A stretch of DNA of 61,619 nt, the filler included, from Platydemus manokwari (taxonomy: Eukaryota), in the NCBI GenBank assembly GCA_037951405.1. It is 5 parts of 5 records of this genome, joined end to end, with 100 filler letters (N's around TTAATTAATTAA, not from the genome) between each part and the next. Parts side by side here need not be neighbours in the genome. Positions count along the whole stretch, not along the records: positions 24,028 to 38,678 come from JBBMOY011424755.1; positions 38,779 to 49,498 come from JBBMOY011110331.1; positions 49,599 to 61,619 come from JBBMOY010342225.1; 2 more parts are not named here. One strand, 5' to 3'. Below are positions 37,801 through 49,674 of this stretch, piece after piece (position 1 is the stretch's first letter; each line of letters opens with the position of its first letter). The notes below the pieces were generated by a model. It made no database searches. It saw only the letters and a program-made list of their open reading frames with translations, and had not been told where the DNA came from. Both the position numbers and the translations under genes were made by a program.

Positions 37801-38678
37801 CGCGTCATGCAGAATGTCTGTAACTTTGTTTTTGTTAGCTATGTTAAGCAAGTAGCTCTTGATTAAGATCACAGGTGTCATCTACCGTGTAAAGACAATA
37901 GATGTAGTAATAGTGATATATCTTAACTATTCTATAAATGTAACCTATTTAAATTACTATGTTATTACTGATGATACCGATAATTTAGGATTCTATATGA
38001 AAAATAACTAAAACTTGCTACCACAAATCTTTATTAAAAATTGAGATCAATACAAAACTGATTATAAATAATTAAATAAAAATTACAAATGGATTTTAAA
38101 AATACTCTATACATCAACCTATAACGGACCTTAACAACTCCTGGATAAAGAACGGTTAACTTACTCCTACTCGTAAGGCAAAACCAATTACCTTTCAAAA
38201 TGTTTGAGTGAAGATTCAATGAGAAATAAACGATACAATATATAATATATATCAGTATTTTACATGAACGGATGTTACTATTAAATCTTCTAGTAAAATA
38301 TTGGGCATATATGGAATCATGTTCTTCCGCACTGAGTAGTCTTTTATTGTGCACTGATTGAATTGTAAAATAACGTGTCTTCTCCCGTATATAACAATTG
38401 ATATGACGTTTAAGTGCGTCTTAGGTATTGTATTATTTTGAGCGTGTTAATTGTGAATACTGCCTTATATATGCAGTGGTGAATCACTCGAAAATATCCT
38501 CTACTATTAAATTAAATGCCTGTACATTTATAATTTTCTTGTTAAAATTTATTTAGCAGAGAGAAATTCTCTTCGATTAAATTTATTGTACAAAAAATAT
38601 TCAGATTTCACGATTACTGGTTATTGAAAAACCTAAAGAAATTGATGTCAAACTTTGCGTAGTCGATGTTTATGGATA

Positions 38679-38778
38679 NNNNNNNNNNNNNNNNNNNNNN
38701 NNNNNNNNNNNNNNNNNNNNNNTTAATTAATTAANNNNNNNNNNNNNNNNNNNNNNNNNNNNNNNNNNNNNNNNNNNN
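38679..38778. other. Assembly spacer N44-TTAATTAATTAA-N44
   Basis: Directly visible. Confidence 0.97.
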
Positions 38779-38880
38779 GTGCCATACGAGTTGAAACCGA
38801 GAGATGTGGAAAGGCGATTTTGCATATCTGAAATGCTGCTCGAGCGTCATAAAAAAAAGTCGTTCTTGCATCGAATCGTT
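38779..38880 (+). mobile_element. mariner transposase fragment (Mos1/mauritiana-like)
   Basis: 34 open codons, VPYELKPRDVERRFCISEMLLERHKKKSFLHRIV, compared with Mos1 WVPHEL..ERR...E.LL.R.KRKSFLHRIV. Confidence 0.9.
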
Positions 38881-39068
38881 CTTGACTTTCACTTGATTTT
38901 CAGCAGTTAGTCTTTTTGATGGTTTTCTATTCTCTGTTTGACTTTCGGTGCTGATCCCATCTTATATGATAATTTGTTATTGATTGTGATACGATTTTAA
39001 AATACCTGTTGATAAATCGAGCTTGTGATATTGCAGTTTAAATTAGAAATTTCAGGTTTCACTGCAAC
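38881..39068 (+). mobile_element. Partial LTR, family of 23393-23851
   Basis: TGATTTTCAGCA...TTTCTATTCT...TTTGACTTTCGGTGCTGATCCCATCTT matches 14735-14806. Confidence 0.75.
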
Positions 39069-39906
39069 TTTATACTGAAAAATAATGTATAAATACAATG
39101 AGGTTGATATGCTCCAATGTTTGTAAATATGTTAATAATTTTACTAAGTAGAGAAAGGAAAACGATTTTGCACTTTAAACGTATGTATGCCTACACAATT
39201 ATACAAGCAATAATATTAATAATGGTTCGGGTGGCCGTAGTTATTATTGTTTACAATAGTTCTAAATGGCTTTGTTAAGTCTTAAGAGGATGTTACCTGA
39301 AAAATGACTGAGACTTCTAAAGTATAAAGCTAAAAGAAACAAATGACTGTTGTAGCAAGGATTTTGAGTCCTGCTACAGCTATATATGGTTGGTACTGGA
39401 CATTCACAATGATGAATTAATAATTAATTATTATTTAAGATACGCGGAAATATAATTATAGAAGGACTAATAGATCGATAGATTTAGATAAGACTTATTT
39501 AGGAAAAATGGAAATTGAACAAGAGTCAAAAATAATACAAAAATTTCTAAAATGCGTGAAGCACTACACAAGTAGATTACTGCAAAATATTCATACCTGG
39601 GGTATATCGGACAAGACCAAAATGGAGATGACTGTAAATTAATTTTATTTATAGTTAATCAATAATTATAACAATAGTGTTGTGATTAACTAAAAATGTA
39701 CAAAAATGTACTCACTGTCGAAAAATCTTCTTTAGACAAGAAATCCTTCCAATAATATTCTGGAATCTAATTTTTTTCTGTTTCGAGCTTGAGATATTTT
39801 ATTGGGTCAATGTTATGCAATGCTCAGTCTTTTTATACGACTGTAATATTGATGCTTATCATTTGAACTGTCTCCACTTATTTTAAATATCTATATTTTG
39901 TATTAA

Positions 39907-42900
39907 TGTATTTTGGGGTTGCTGGTTTTATTTTATTATTATCAGTCTCAATACACATTTGTGGATCAATGCCGTCTTGACCAGTCTCTGTGAGCTCTGA
40001 TCAACCCCTAGGTGAGATTTCTTAAACCTTATTTTATTATCTTCTGTCTTCACCTTAATTTATTTATGAAGTTCTTTTTAATGCTTGTCTTCATCTTCCT
40101 TATTTCTCCTATTTTTTCTTCTATAAAATTGGTCATCATTTCTATCATCTACTATCCCTATATGTCATTCCTTTCACCCTATTATTATCTATCCCCCTAT
40201 TAGAATCATGGTCTTTTCCCTATAGTTTAATTATCTATATCTTCTTCTCTATATCGTGTTTCCCTATTGTCATCCTCTTTCTTATATCTTAATTCCTCTA
40301 ATTTCCTTTGTAATTCTTCTTTTTCCTTTGCTAATTTCTTCAATTCTTTTTGATATTCTTGTTCTGCCTTTTTCCACAAATTTTCTACCTTTTTAATCTA
40401 ACTCTTTTTCCTTAATTAATTTTTCTTTCTATTTCTGGTTTAGCTATTTTTCCCTGTTCCTTTTCCCATATCTTTTTTCGATCCTCTGCTCGTTTTCTTC
40501 TCATTATTTCTTTATGTAATTATTCTTGTTCTTGTATTCCTTTTTTAATTTCTTCCTAAGTTTCATTACTGCTGCATTTTCTTTATCATATTGATCTCTT
40601 CTTAATTTACATGATGTAATCATATGTCCAGTTCCTTTACAGTATTCACATTGGACATCTCCATTACTATTTACTCTATCTCTTGAGTAATTAAACATTT
40701 GTGTCCTATTGTCACTATTTAATGATCTATCTACTAATGGACTCCTATTTCTATCATATGGTACTAATTGTTTTTCATTATTTTTATTTGTCGTCATGTC
40801 AACAGATCCACTGTATTGTTTGAACTATTATTAAATTTTCTATTTTCCAATTATTATTGTTATTCCTATCATATGGACATCTGCTTATATTGATTGACCT
40901 ATCGTTACTGTTGTTATTAAATTCTCTATTATTTTCATTTCTGTCCCGTGGACTCCTACTTCTATTGTTTGTTCTATTGCAGTAATTATTATTATCATAT
41001 ACCCTACTTTGGTTAAATACCCTATTAAATACCCTATTACTTCTATTATCAAATTCTCTGTTATTAAAATTTCCTCTAATGGTAAAATTATTTCTATTAT
41101 ATCTGCCAAATTCTCGTTGGTCATAACTATATTCCTATTAATGTAATTTCCATTATCAAATTTTTTGCTTTATCATATGATTTGAAATTGTGTTAACACT
41201 TTGTTTAAATTCTCCCATGTTACTGGATTTTTCTCATCATCTTAAGTCACTAAATTATTTTTACTAATAATAGGTCTCTCTTTTTTTATCTTCCTTAAAT
41301 GTTACTGTAACGGGTAATTTCCAAGGTATTCCGTAACCTATATTATGATTTAACAAACTATTTGATCCATAAATTATTTCAACTCTCCTAGCTTTTTGAA
41401 CTAATTCATCAAAATTTTTATATTCTGCTAATGCTATTAGACTCCTTAATATTGATCTATAACCATTTGTTCACGATCCTGTACAGATACATATTTGCCA
41501 TAAGCCTTAATTTCTAATTCTTTTAATGCCATTTGATATTCTCCTACACTCACAACAGACATTAAATTGTTTTACATAGAATTTATGCACATCATCTTCC
41601 ATAACTAATTTGCTTTTTAATTCCTTAACTAAATCCTCATAACTTTTAATTTCTTTTAAATCCAATCCTTGAAATGTTTTTAATGCGTATGATTTTAAAA
41701 ACAATGACAATCTTTAAAATTTCTCCGCCTGTGTTTAGCCATATGCTTCTATGCTTCAGTCAATCTATCATATTCATTGAAGAAATCATCAAACCCTTCC
41801 TGTCTCCCATCGTAGGGGTCAATTGGTATATATATTTGCTATTCATAATTACTACAGTCATTTTGTCTAATGGTTCTTTATTATTTAATAATTAAGTATT
41901 TGTTTCAATTTGGGTGCCTATCTCCTTATAGTTATGATTCTCAATTATTTCACTTTCTTCTTCAATGGTGCTTAATTCTTCAAAAATCTCCTGTTGAGTT
42001 CGAACTACGGGATTCACGGTAAATTACTGCTACTGGGTTCTATCGATTCAAAGTAATTATTGCTATGGCTATTAATTTCAAATTAAATTCCACTACTGTA
42101 ATTTTCAATTTCTCTATTAATTCTCCTTTTTCCTAACTGTTTATGCACTATATCTAAATTTTCTAATAAATTGCTTTTGCTTCTGCGACGTAATTATCTA
42201 TCAGATTTCTCAAGTCTTGAATTTCTTTTATTTATATGCGCTCAATGCGGATTCCAATTTATCAATTTATCGCTCAATGCGTAGTTTATCAAATTTAAAA
42301 GCGCATAAAAATCCTATTGAACAGACAAAATTTTGCTTTATGTTAACGCTGACCACCAAATTTTTGAGCTTGTTCAATGTGAAATCAAATTTCATTTAAA
42401 ATCAAACTGCTTAAGTCCATTAACATTTTCCGCAGATTTTTAATCAACACTTTTCGTGGAACAATTAATGCTCATTACAAAACTAGACCTATTAGGTTAT
42501 CAATCTTTTTATTAAATAATATCACTTTTTATTAATTAATGTCAAATTGTTAACTTTGTTGCTTTAAAGTTGAAAACCTTAATCTATTTTTCTTCATTTT
42601 ACATACCGAAGTTACTTAATATGTGTCGCTAAACTAGCTCTCCGGTTCTCGCAATAAATTATCAAACGCGGTTTAATTATCAAATTTATCAAAAGTTCTT
42701 AGAATCAATTTCAATTTATCAAATTTATCAACGGCTCCTTGGCTTAATTCAAATTTATTACTAGCTCCTTGGCTCAAATTAACTCTATCAACATCGTTTA
42801 TTCTATCTATTCGTATTCTAACAATTTACAATTTCACTATTTTACCTATCTGTAACTTTAACTTATCAATTTTTAAGTTCGTAATTATATCAATTTCGAA

Positions 42901-43490
42901 ATTTCATTATACAAGCACCAGTTATCTTTTATTCTAATTCTCAATTTTATTCGGGTTTAACGGTTGGCGATTAATACTTAAAACTTTTCTAAATTTGGAA
43001 CAAATTTTATCCTCACTCAGCACCAATTGATGTTAACTAATAGGACTTAAGACTTTTAATAATTTTCAATAAAATTTCTCCTTACTCAGGGTTTTCTAAA
43101 TTAACTAATTATTCGCGTTTTCAAACTTTATTAAATTTTAAACCAAATTTGTTTCTCTCCCAGGGCACTAGTTAATGTGTTTTGGGGTTGCTGGTTTTAT
43201 TTTATTTATAACTTACTGTGAGCTCTGTGAGCTCTGATCAACCCCTAGGTACAATTTCTTAAACCTAATTTTATAATCTTCTGACGACACTTCACTATTA
43301 ATACTATATGGAGATATTATGATAGGCAGCAATGATTAAAATACTATATTTTATTATAATCAGTCTCACATTCAATCACTATCAATCTCAAATTTAAATG
43401 TCCTATTTCTATATTCTATCTAATCAACAACTCAACAACCAATTGATACAGTAATCTTTATTGATTACTAAATATACACCAAATATAACA
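39907..43490 (-). mobile_element. Ty3/Gypsy-type LTR retrotransposon retaining only LTRs, long leader and decayed gag (pol absent)
   Basis: LTR 43176-43490 and truncated copy 39907-~40050 share TTTTGGGGTTGCTGGTTTTATTTTATT and CTGTGAGCTCTGATCAACCCCTAGGT. PBS-like TGGTGCTGAGTGAGGAT at 43025-43009. Gag has an N/R-rich tract, a CEYCKGTGHMITSC knuckle and a K/E/R coiled coil. Confidence 0.85.
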
Positions 43491-46400
43491 TTATACAAAT
43501 TGTTTTGTTTTTGAAATACAATATACACGGATAAAATAAACCTAGACGATGACACTTACAATTCTAGAAAATAAGATCGGTTGCAAACTTTAACTCAAGA
43601 AGCTGAACCAATACCCGTAAGAGTTTTTTGTGAGACAAAGCTCTATAGTTCGATAATATACGATACGATATATAATAACGACTGAGATTTTACAGAACTA
43701 ATCTAACTCACTGATATTGAAATTTAAATCGTAAAATACAATAGCTGCTGATGATCTCGACCTAACTCCAGCGTCATAGGCTGTATGGCAAAATGATCGA
43801 AGATTCTTCAAATTACGCTTGACGTAGCATCTAGTGGTTTCTAACTAATAGGGCGAGTTGTGATGATTTCAACTCCTATTTATACGTCTTCAGTGTCGGC
43901 ACTTTATAATCTACCCGAATAAAGTATATTTCGAAACAATATTATAAATATCCCATATATTTGTTGATTTCCTAATGTTTATTTATTCCAGTAATTATAT
44001 TTCGTCGTTACTATATTTAGAAATATTATTTTAAAGTATCAATATATTTATTACATACATAATCATATAAATTATTATAAATTATTTATTTTCCAGAATT
44101 TCACATAAACTATAAAATATAAAAATTATCGCTTCATTGCGATATTCCATGCAAAATAAATAAAATGTTTAAATTTATCCTTACAGTGGATAAAATTGGA
44201 TGTTAATATAACTTTTTACAACTTTGATAAAAAACCGACTAATTGATATAATTCAACTAGATTCGAAAAATTATGAATTACTACAATATACAATGATTAT
44301 AAGTTACTACCATATACATTTATAAGAAATTGTTATTGTCATATTTACATTGTTTATTATAAGAAAATGTTATTGTCAACTTCCATATTTGAATTTGAGT
44401 GACGATTGTCCTTTCGTATTTCATTTTGAATGAGGATTGTCAAAACCCCAACAGTATAATACATTTTTCGTATTTTCAATTTCAATGTCGGTTTACGATT
44501 TTTATTTGTTCACAAAATATATAACAATATTTTGATTTATTATTTTTATGTCTTGCTACTAATTTTATTCGCATTCCCATCACTTATTTTGCGATTTTAT
44601 TATTGTTGGGTTCAGAAATACTTTAAAATGATAATATTATATAATACATTTTTCAAATTCAGTGCCTCCATAATGTAAATTATAAATATAATTTTTAAAA
44701 TCTAAAAATAGACATAATAATTTAATAAATACATAAATTGATTAAGAAAGCGTAGGGTCCTAAAAATAATATTTAAAAAAATGCAATGAAGACCAAAAAG
44801 CCAATAGATTAAAAAAAAAAGAAAAAACAATAGTGTATTAAAAAAGCATGACGCACTAAAATGCCATACCTTATCCGGCTTAATACGTCCATTATTATTG
44901 TTTCAGTTAAAACAGTTTATTATGGTATGTGTTAAAAAATAGATTATTCTTAGCATTTATTATTTATTAACAATCCATCAGGAAATTATATACATCTATA
45001 TAATATTCCTACCAGAAAAAAGAGAGAAAAAGTAAAGGAGATATTATTTTAACAGCAATCCAACAAAGGTAAATTCCATTATAAATTTCCGATAAATTGC
45101 AATGTATAATGATGATGTATAATGATAATCATTGTTTTTATCGGTGTTTCAGGCCCCGCGTAAACACTATTCAACTTAAACGTCACTTTATCAAATTACT
45201 GATTTTTTATGTAAGTAGTTTCAAAAATTATTAAGTACCAACTTCCGCACAATGAAATTCTAAAATCTCACAACAAAACATTGGTATCTAATTTAAAGAA
45301 GATCATATATTTTAGAATATATTGCTTTATTTATTTATATTTAAACTAATTTCCGTCATTTTTAAAGGCAACTTTGGAGTCAGGCATAAATTCAGAGCTA
45401 ATAAAAAACTTTGTGAAGTTTGAATCCAATAAAAACCAAACATTATTATTATTATTTGATAATTCTACCTTTATTATCACAATCGCTACTTTATTGTTAT
45501 TTCTTCAATTACAGATTTACAATTTAAGAGAATTAATACAATATCTACACAAAGGATAATTTTTAAAATTATAAACATACACAACATATTAATAAACTAA
45601 TTTCAGACCAAGGCAAAATAGAATAGCAAAATAAAATGTAAAACAAAAATTCAAATCTATTCAAGTTTTAAGAATTAGTTTTATGGATCAGTTAAATATA
45701 ATATACCTTGGGTTAGTATTGCTGGAATAGTTTTGCATTATTTGACTGGGTTTGGTGGAATCAGATTTCAAAAAATAAGTGAACGCTACTTAGCAAATTA
45801 TACTGAAATTTGAAAATCTGTGCAAATCTCAAAGAATCAATTACGTTACATAAGCCAATTCTCATAACGAAGTATAAAAAACCAAATCAAAGTATTCTTA
45901 ACGACGATTAAAAATGAGAAATCTCTGTTACTCTTAACATATTAGAATTGAACTATTTTCAACTGCAACAAAAATAGAATTTTGGTTATTCTAGAAACAA
46001 ATTTGACTGACTTTCTAGCGATTTAAAGTAACCTCTATTAATTTGGAAACGGTTCATTCTATGAAAATCCACAAATAAAGGAATCTGAAAACGAATCAAA
46101 TATATTTTATATATTTAGACTCCCAGAAGATATCTTGATACACTGCTACAATCGTGTCCGGTTTGAAAATTCTATTGAGGAAGAATAGTAGGAATATTGA
46201 TTAGCTATTGATAATATTTTAAAGCTATATCATCATTGCACATTTAAAGTAATATTTTTAAAGCTATTAATATTGAAATAAGTCATTATTGATATAATCT
46301 TTGGCATTATTAAATTGTAAGATTTATCGATATATAAAAACATTTCTAGATTAAACCCAGTTCAACTAGAGATCAAAATTAAAAACTAAAATCTAAAAAT

Positions 46401-49400
46401 CATAATACAAATTAAGTCCAGTGGTTACAGTGCTATTAAGCCTCCCCGCCAATGAAATATTTTTTAGAAATCTTACTGGCATGACCATAAGAAATGGAAT
46501 AAATTAAAACTCTATCCTATTAGAAAATTAACCCCTATAATCGCCGGGTTATTTGTTCAAATTATTGTTATTTATTAGTTCAAGCGGTATCGTTTAAAAT
46601 TTCATTTAAATACACCTTTTGGAGTCGGTGTACTATAACTATATATATCAATAAGAGCTCAATTGCGTGTTGGGTTGTGACATTAAAGCAATTTTCTTTA
46701 AAATATCTAGTTTAAAAATTAATTTATGTCTTCGTTTAAATATATTTTAATAATTATCAGCCAACTTAAAACCCCAACAATAGGAAAATGTACATAGAAA
46801 TATATTCATGAAAACACTTCAGAAATTTTTATTAGGAAATAAACATTAAATATGTTAAACGAATTGTTATTATAGATATGTGCCCTTGATTTTAAAAGTG
46901 GTATAAGTCATATTTTTCTTGTTTGGAAATATTAAGGAATTTGCATGTTAAAGAATTAAAAAATATTTGTGTATTAATGAATGAAATATTTTGACAATTA
47001 ATTAGCGCCGGTAAATCAGCATTTAATATGATTGTGAAATTTATTACCATTTTTAAATGGAAATTTGGTTTTGAAAGGTTGAAATGACTTTTACCACTTT
47101 CATGATCAAAGACTCATATTAGGATTCCTAATTTCATAGTTAATATATTCATTACCATTCATCATCTTGTGGAAATAATTTGGGATTAAAATCAACAAAG
47201 AAAGAAGCTGATAAAATTGCTCAAGAGAAAGTTGAGACGATAACAGAAGGGTTGATAAGGTTTAAATTAAATAATTAGTTACCTACGCCGTTCAGCTTAT
47301 CTTAATAAGTTAAGAACGTTTAGGCGATAGAACAACTTAAAACCATAAAAACATAGTACTTGGGATTCAAAATGGACTCTATAAATTGATAAAGAGGCCA
47401 ATAGCGATCAATTAAATAACAATTAATAATAAAATAAACCATAAAGCCCCAAAATGTATCATATTAGGCAAATTGCTTTTTGATTTTATTTAATCTAACA
47501 TATTTCGTTACTTAAAATAAATAATAATATTAATTGAATAAATAATTGCTAATATTTAAGTCATATTACTATTTTATCTTGAATATACATTTATATTTAT
47601 CAAATAATCTTTGAAAGAGTTCTACAGTTGAATTTTCTGAACAAATATCTTTATATGTTTAGCTGTTGCAAAGAAACATTTCGATAATGATTTCCTGATT
47701 ATCATGAAAATAGTTTACGATTTTTTTGCGAGTAACAAAGAACATTATTTCCGTTCAACTATATCCGGATTAAATGATCAAATGAAATTAAATATGGTGT
47801 TCTGTTCCAATAAGCTTAATTCAATCATTTCAGAAATAAATATCTGGTTATGTGTATGCGCGTGATTGTGTTTAACTCCCAGGTACCATTATTTGCTGCT
47901 CTTTCAACAATGTATCTGAATAACCAGTAAATAAAAATAAAAACAAATATTTAAAAATAAATTGAAAAAATAAAATAAATTATCATTATAAATATCAATA
48001 TTTCAAACAGGTTTTTGCTCAAAAATTCCAACAGTTGTTAAAATATAAAAAATACATGCTAATTAAATAAAAATCAATACAATAAAAATTAATGCACATT
48101 TTATAGGCACTGTCATGCAAATGTATACACATATTTATTCCAATGTGAATTAATTGTTGTAGATTAATTGTCGGGCCAGAACCCCCACAAATAGATAATT
48201 TTGTTGAGTGAAATGAATGTTAACTATTTCCTATATAATGCAGGTTAATATTTTTTGTTTGCAAAATTTAATTATTGATTTTATTCTTCAGTTGGAATTT
48301 AATAATAATAATAATTAGCATTATTTTACTCTTCCTATTTTGGACTATTAGACCAAATTAACTTCCTCAGATAAAAAATATATTATTGGTGAATAATAAA
48401 AAAATGTTATACATATACATCGATACATAAAAATTAGATTTTTACTTAATACCAAGGAAAGATAAGTTTTCATGCAACATTTATATTTACAGAGGCCATT
48501 TTCAGTTATTTTCCACAAAACCCCGACAAATCTCAAGTAAATGACAGAGGAATTACTGCACAGTGTTGTTAGTAAAATAGTATTTTATTGACTGATAGTC
48601 AGTTAAACACTGCCATAATGTAAGAAAGCGAGTTCCAGGGGATTGCTGTTATGAAAGTGATTACAGGTTGTTTCAGTTATTTATTATTATTAATTATGAG
48701 GTATTGCAAGGGAATGTTTCAGAATAGAGTAAATTTAGAAAATCACCCAATAAAAGGTGAACGAAAAACTTTTGCAAATGCTCGTAATGTTTATTCGTAT
48801 TGTAATAGTATTAAGGTCAGTAGTAGATCCTTGACCAGTATCTCTCATTTTGTGTCCGGACTCGGTCTGCATTATTTACCTACTCAGCATTTGTTTAATT
48901 AATCCTGTACAGTGAGACAGAGCGTTTACAGTGTCACATTAAATAATTTTGTAATCAACTTATTTGGATTTTAGAGTCAGATTTATAAGTTAACGAATAT
49001 TGTTGTGTGCTTCACCAGGTAGAGCCAACATATTTGAAGAATCGATAAAGTATCTAGTTGTTTAGATTTGGAACAGGATTTGATATTTTAAAACATTGTA
49101 TTTTATCAGAATTTGAAAATAAAATACAAAAAGACAAGCTGCAAGATTCATTGAATTAACGAATGACAATGTAGCTGGAACATGGATGATGATTTATATT
49201 TAGCTAAAGATTACGTAGTTGACGATTTTATTGAAATAACCAAATACTCTTCACAGTAATCCCATATTTGTTGCTATCGATGATGAAATCTTATTTCCAA
49301 TAATTTTGACGTCATAAATAGATGTGTGCATTTCACAAATGGAGTGAGGAAAGTTTAATGTTTTGATTTATTAGTAATACATGAAATAAGTTTTATCCAA

Positions 49401-49498
49401 TGATCCATATTAAATGCGTTATACATATTAGGCTGAGTCAAAAGTTATTCATGTTTTTTAGTTGTTTAAAGTTTTTGTTTTACCAAATCATTTAAACA

Positions 49499-49598
49499 NN
49501 NNNNNNNNNNNNNNNNNNNNNNNNNNNNNNNNNNNNNNNNNNTTAATTAATTAANNNNNNNNNNNNNNNNNNNNNNNNNNNNNNNNNNNNNNNNNNNN

Positions 49599-49672
<74 letters not shown>
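49499..49672. repeat. Assembly spacer (49499-49598) followed by (AAT)n microsatellite
   Basis: Directly visible. Confidence 0.97.

Positions 49673-49674
<2 letters not shown>

Noticed and set aside
38042-38063. TGAGATCAATACAAAACTGATT resembles mature bantam miRNA
   Set aside because: No complementary arm within hairpin distance on either side, so no pre-miRNA fold. Probably chance.
38034-38400. Possible Helitron/PIF1 helicase remnant
   Set aside because: No intact helicase motif could be read.
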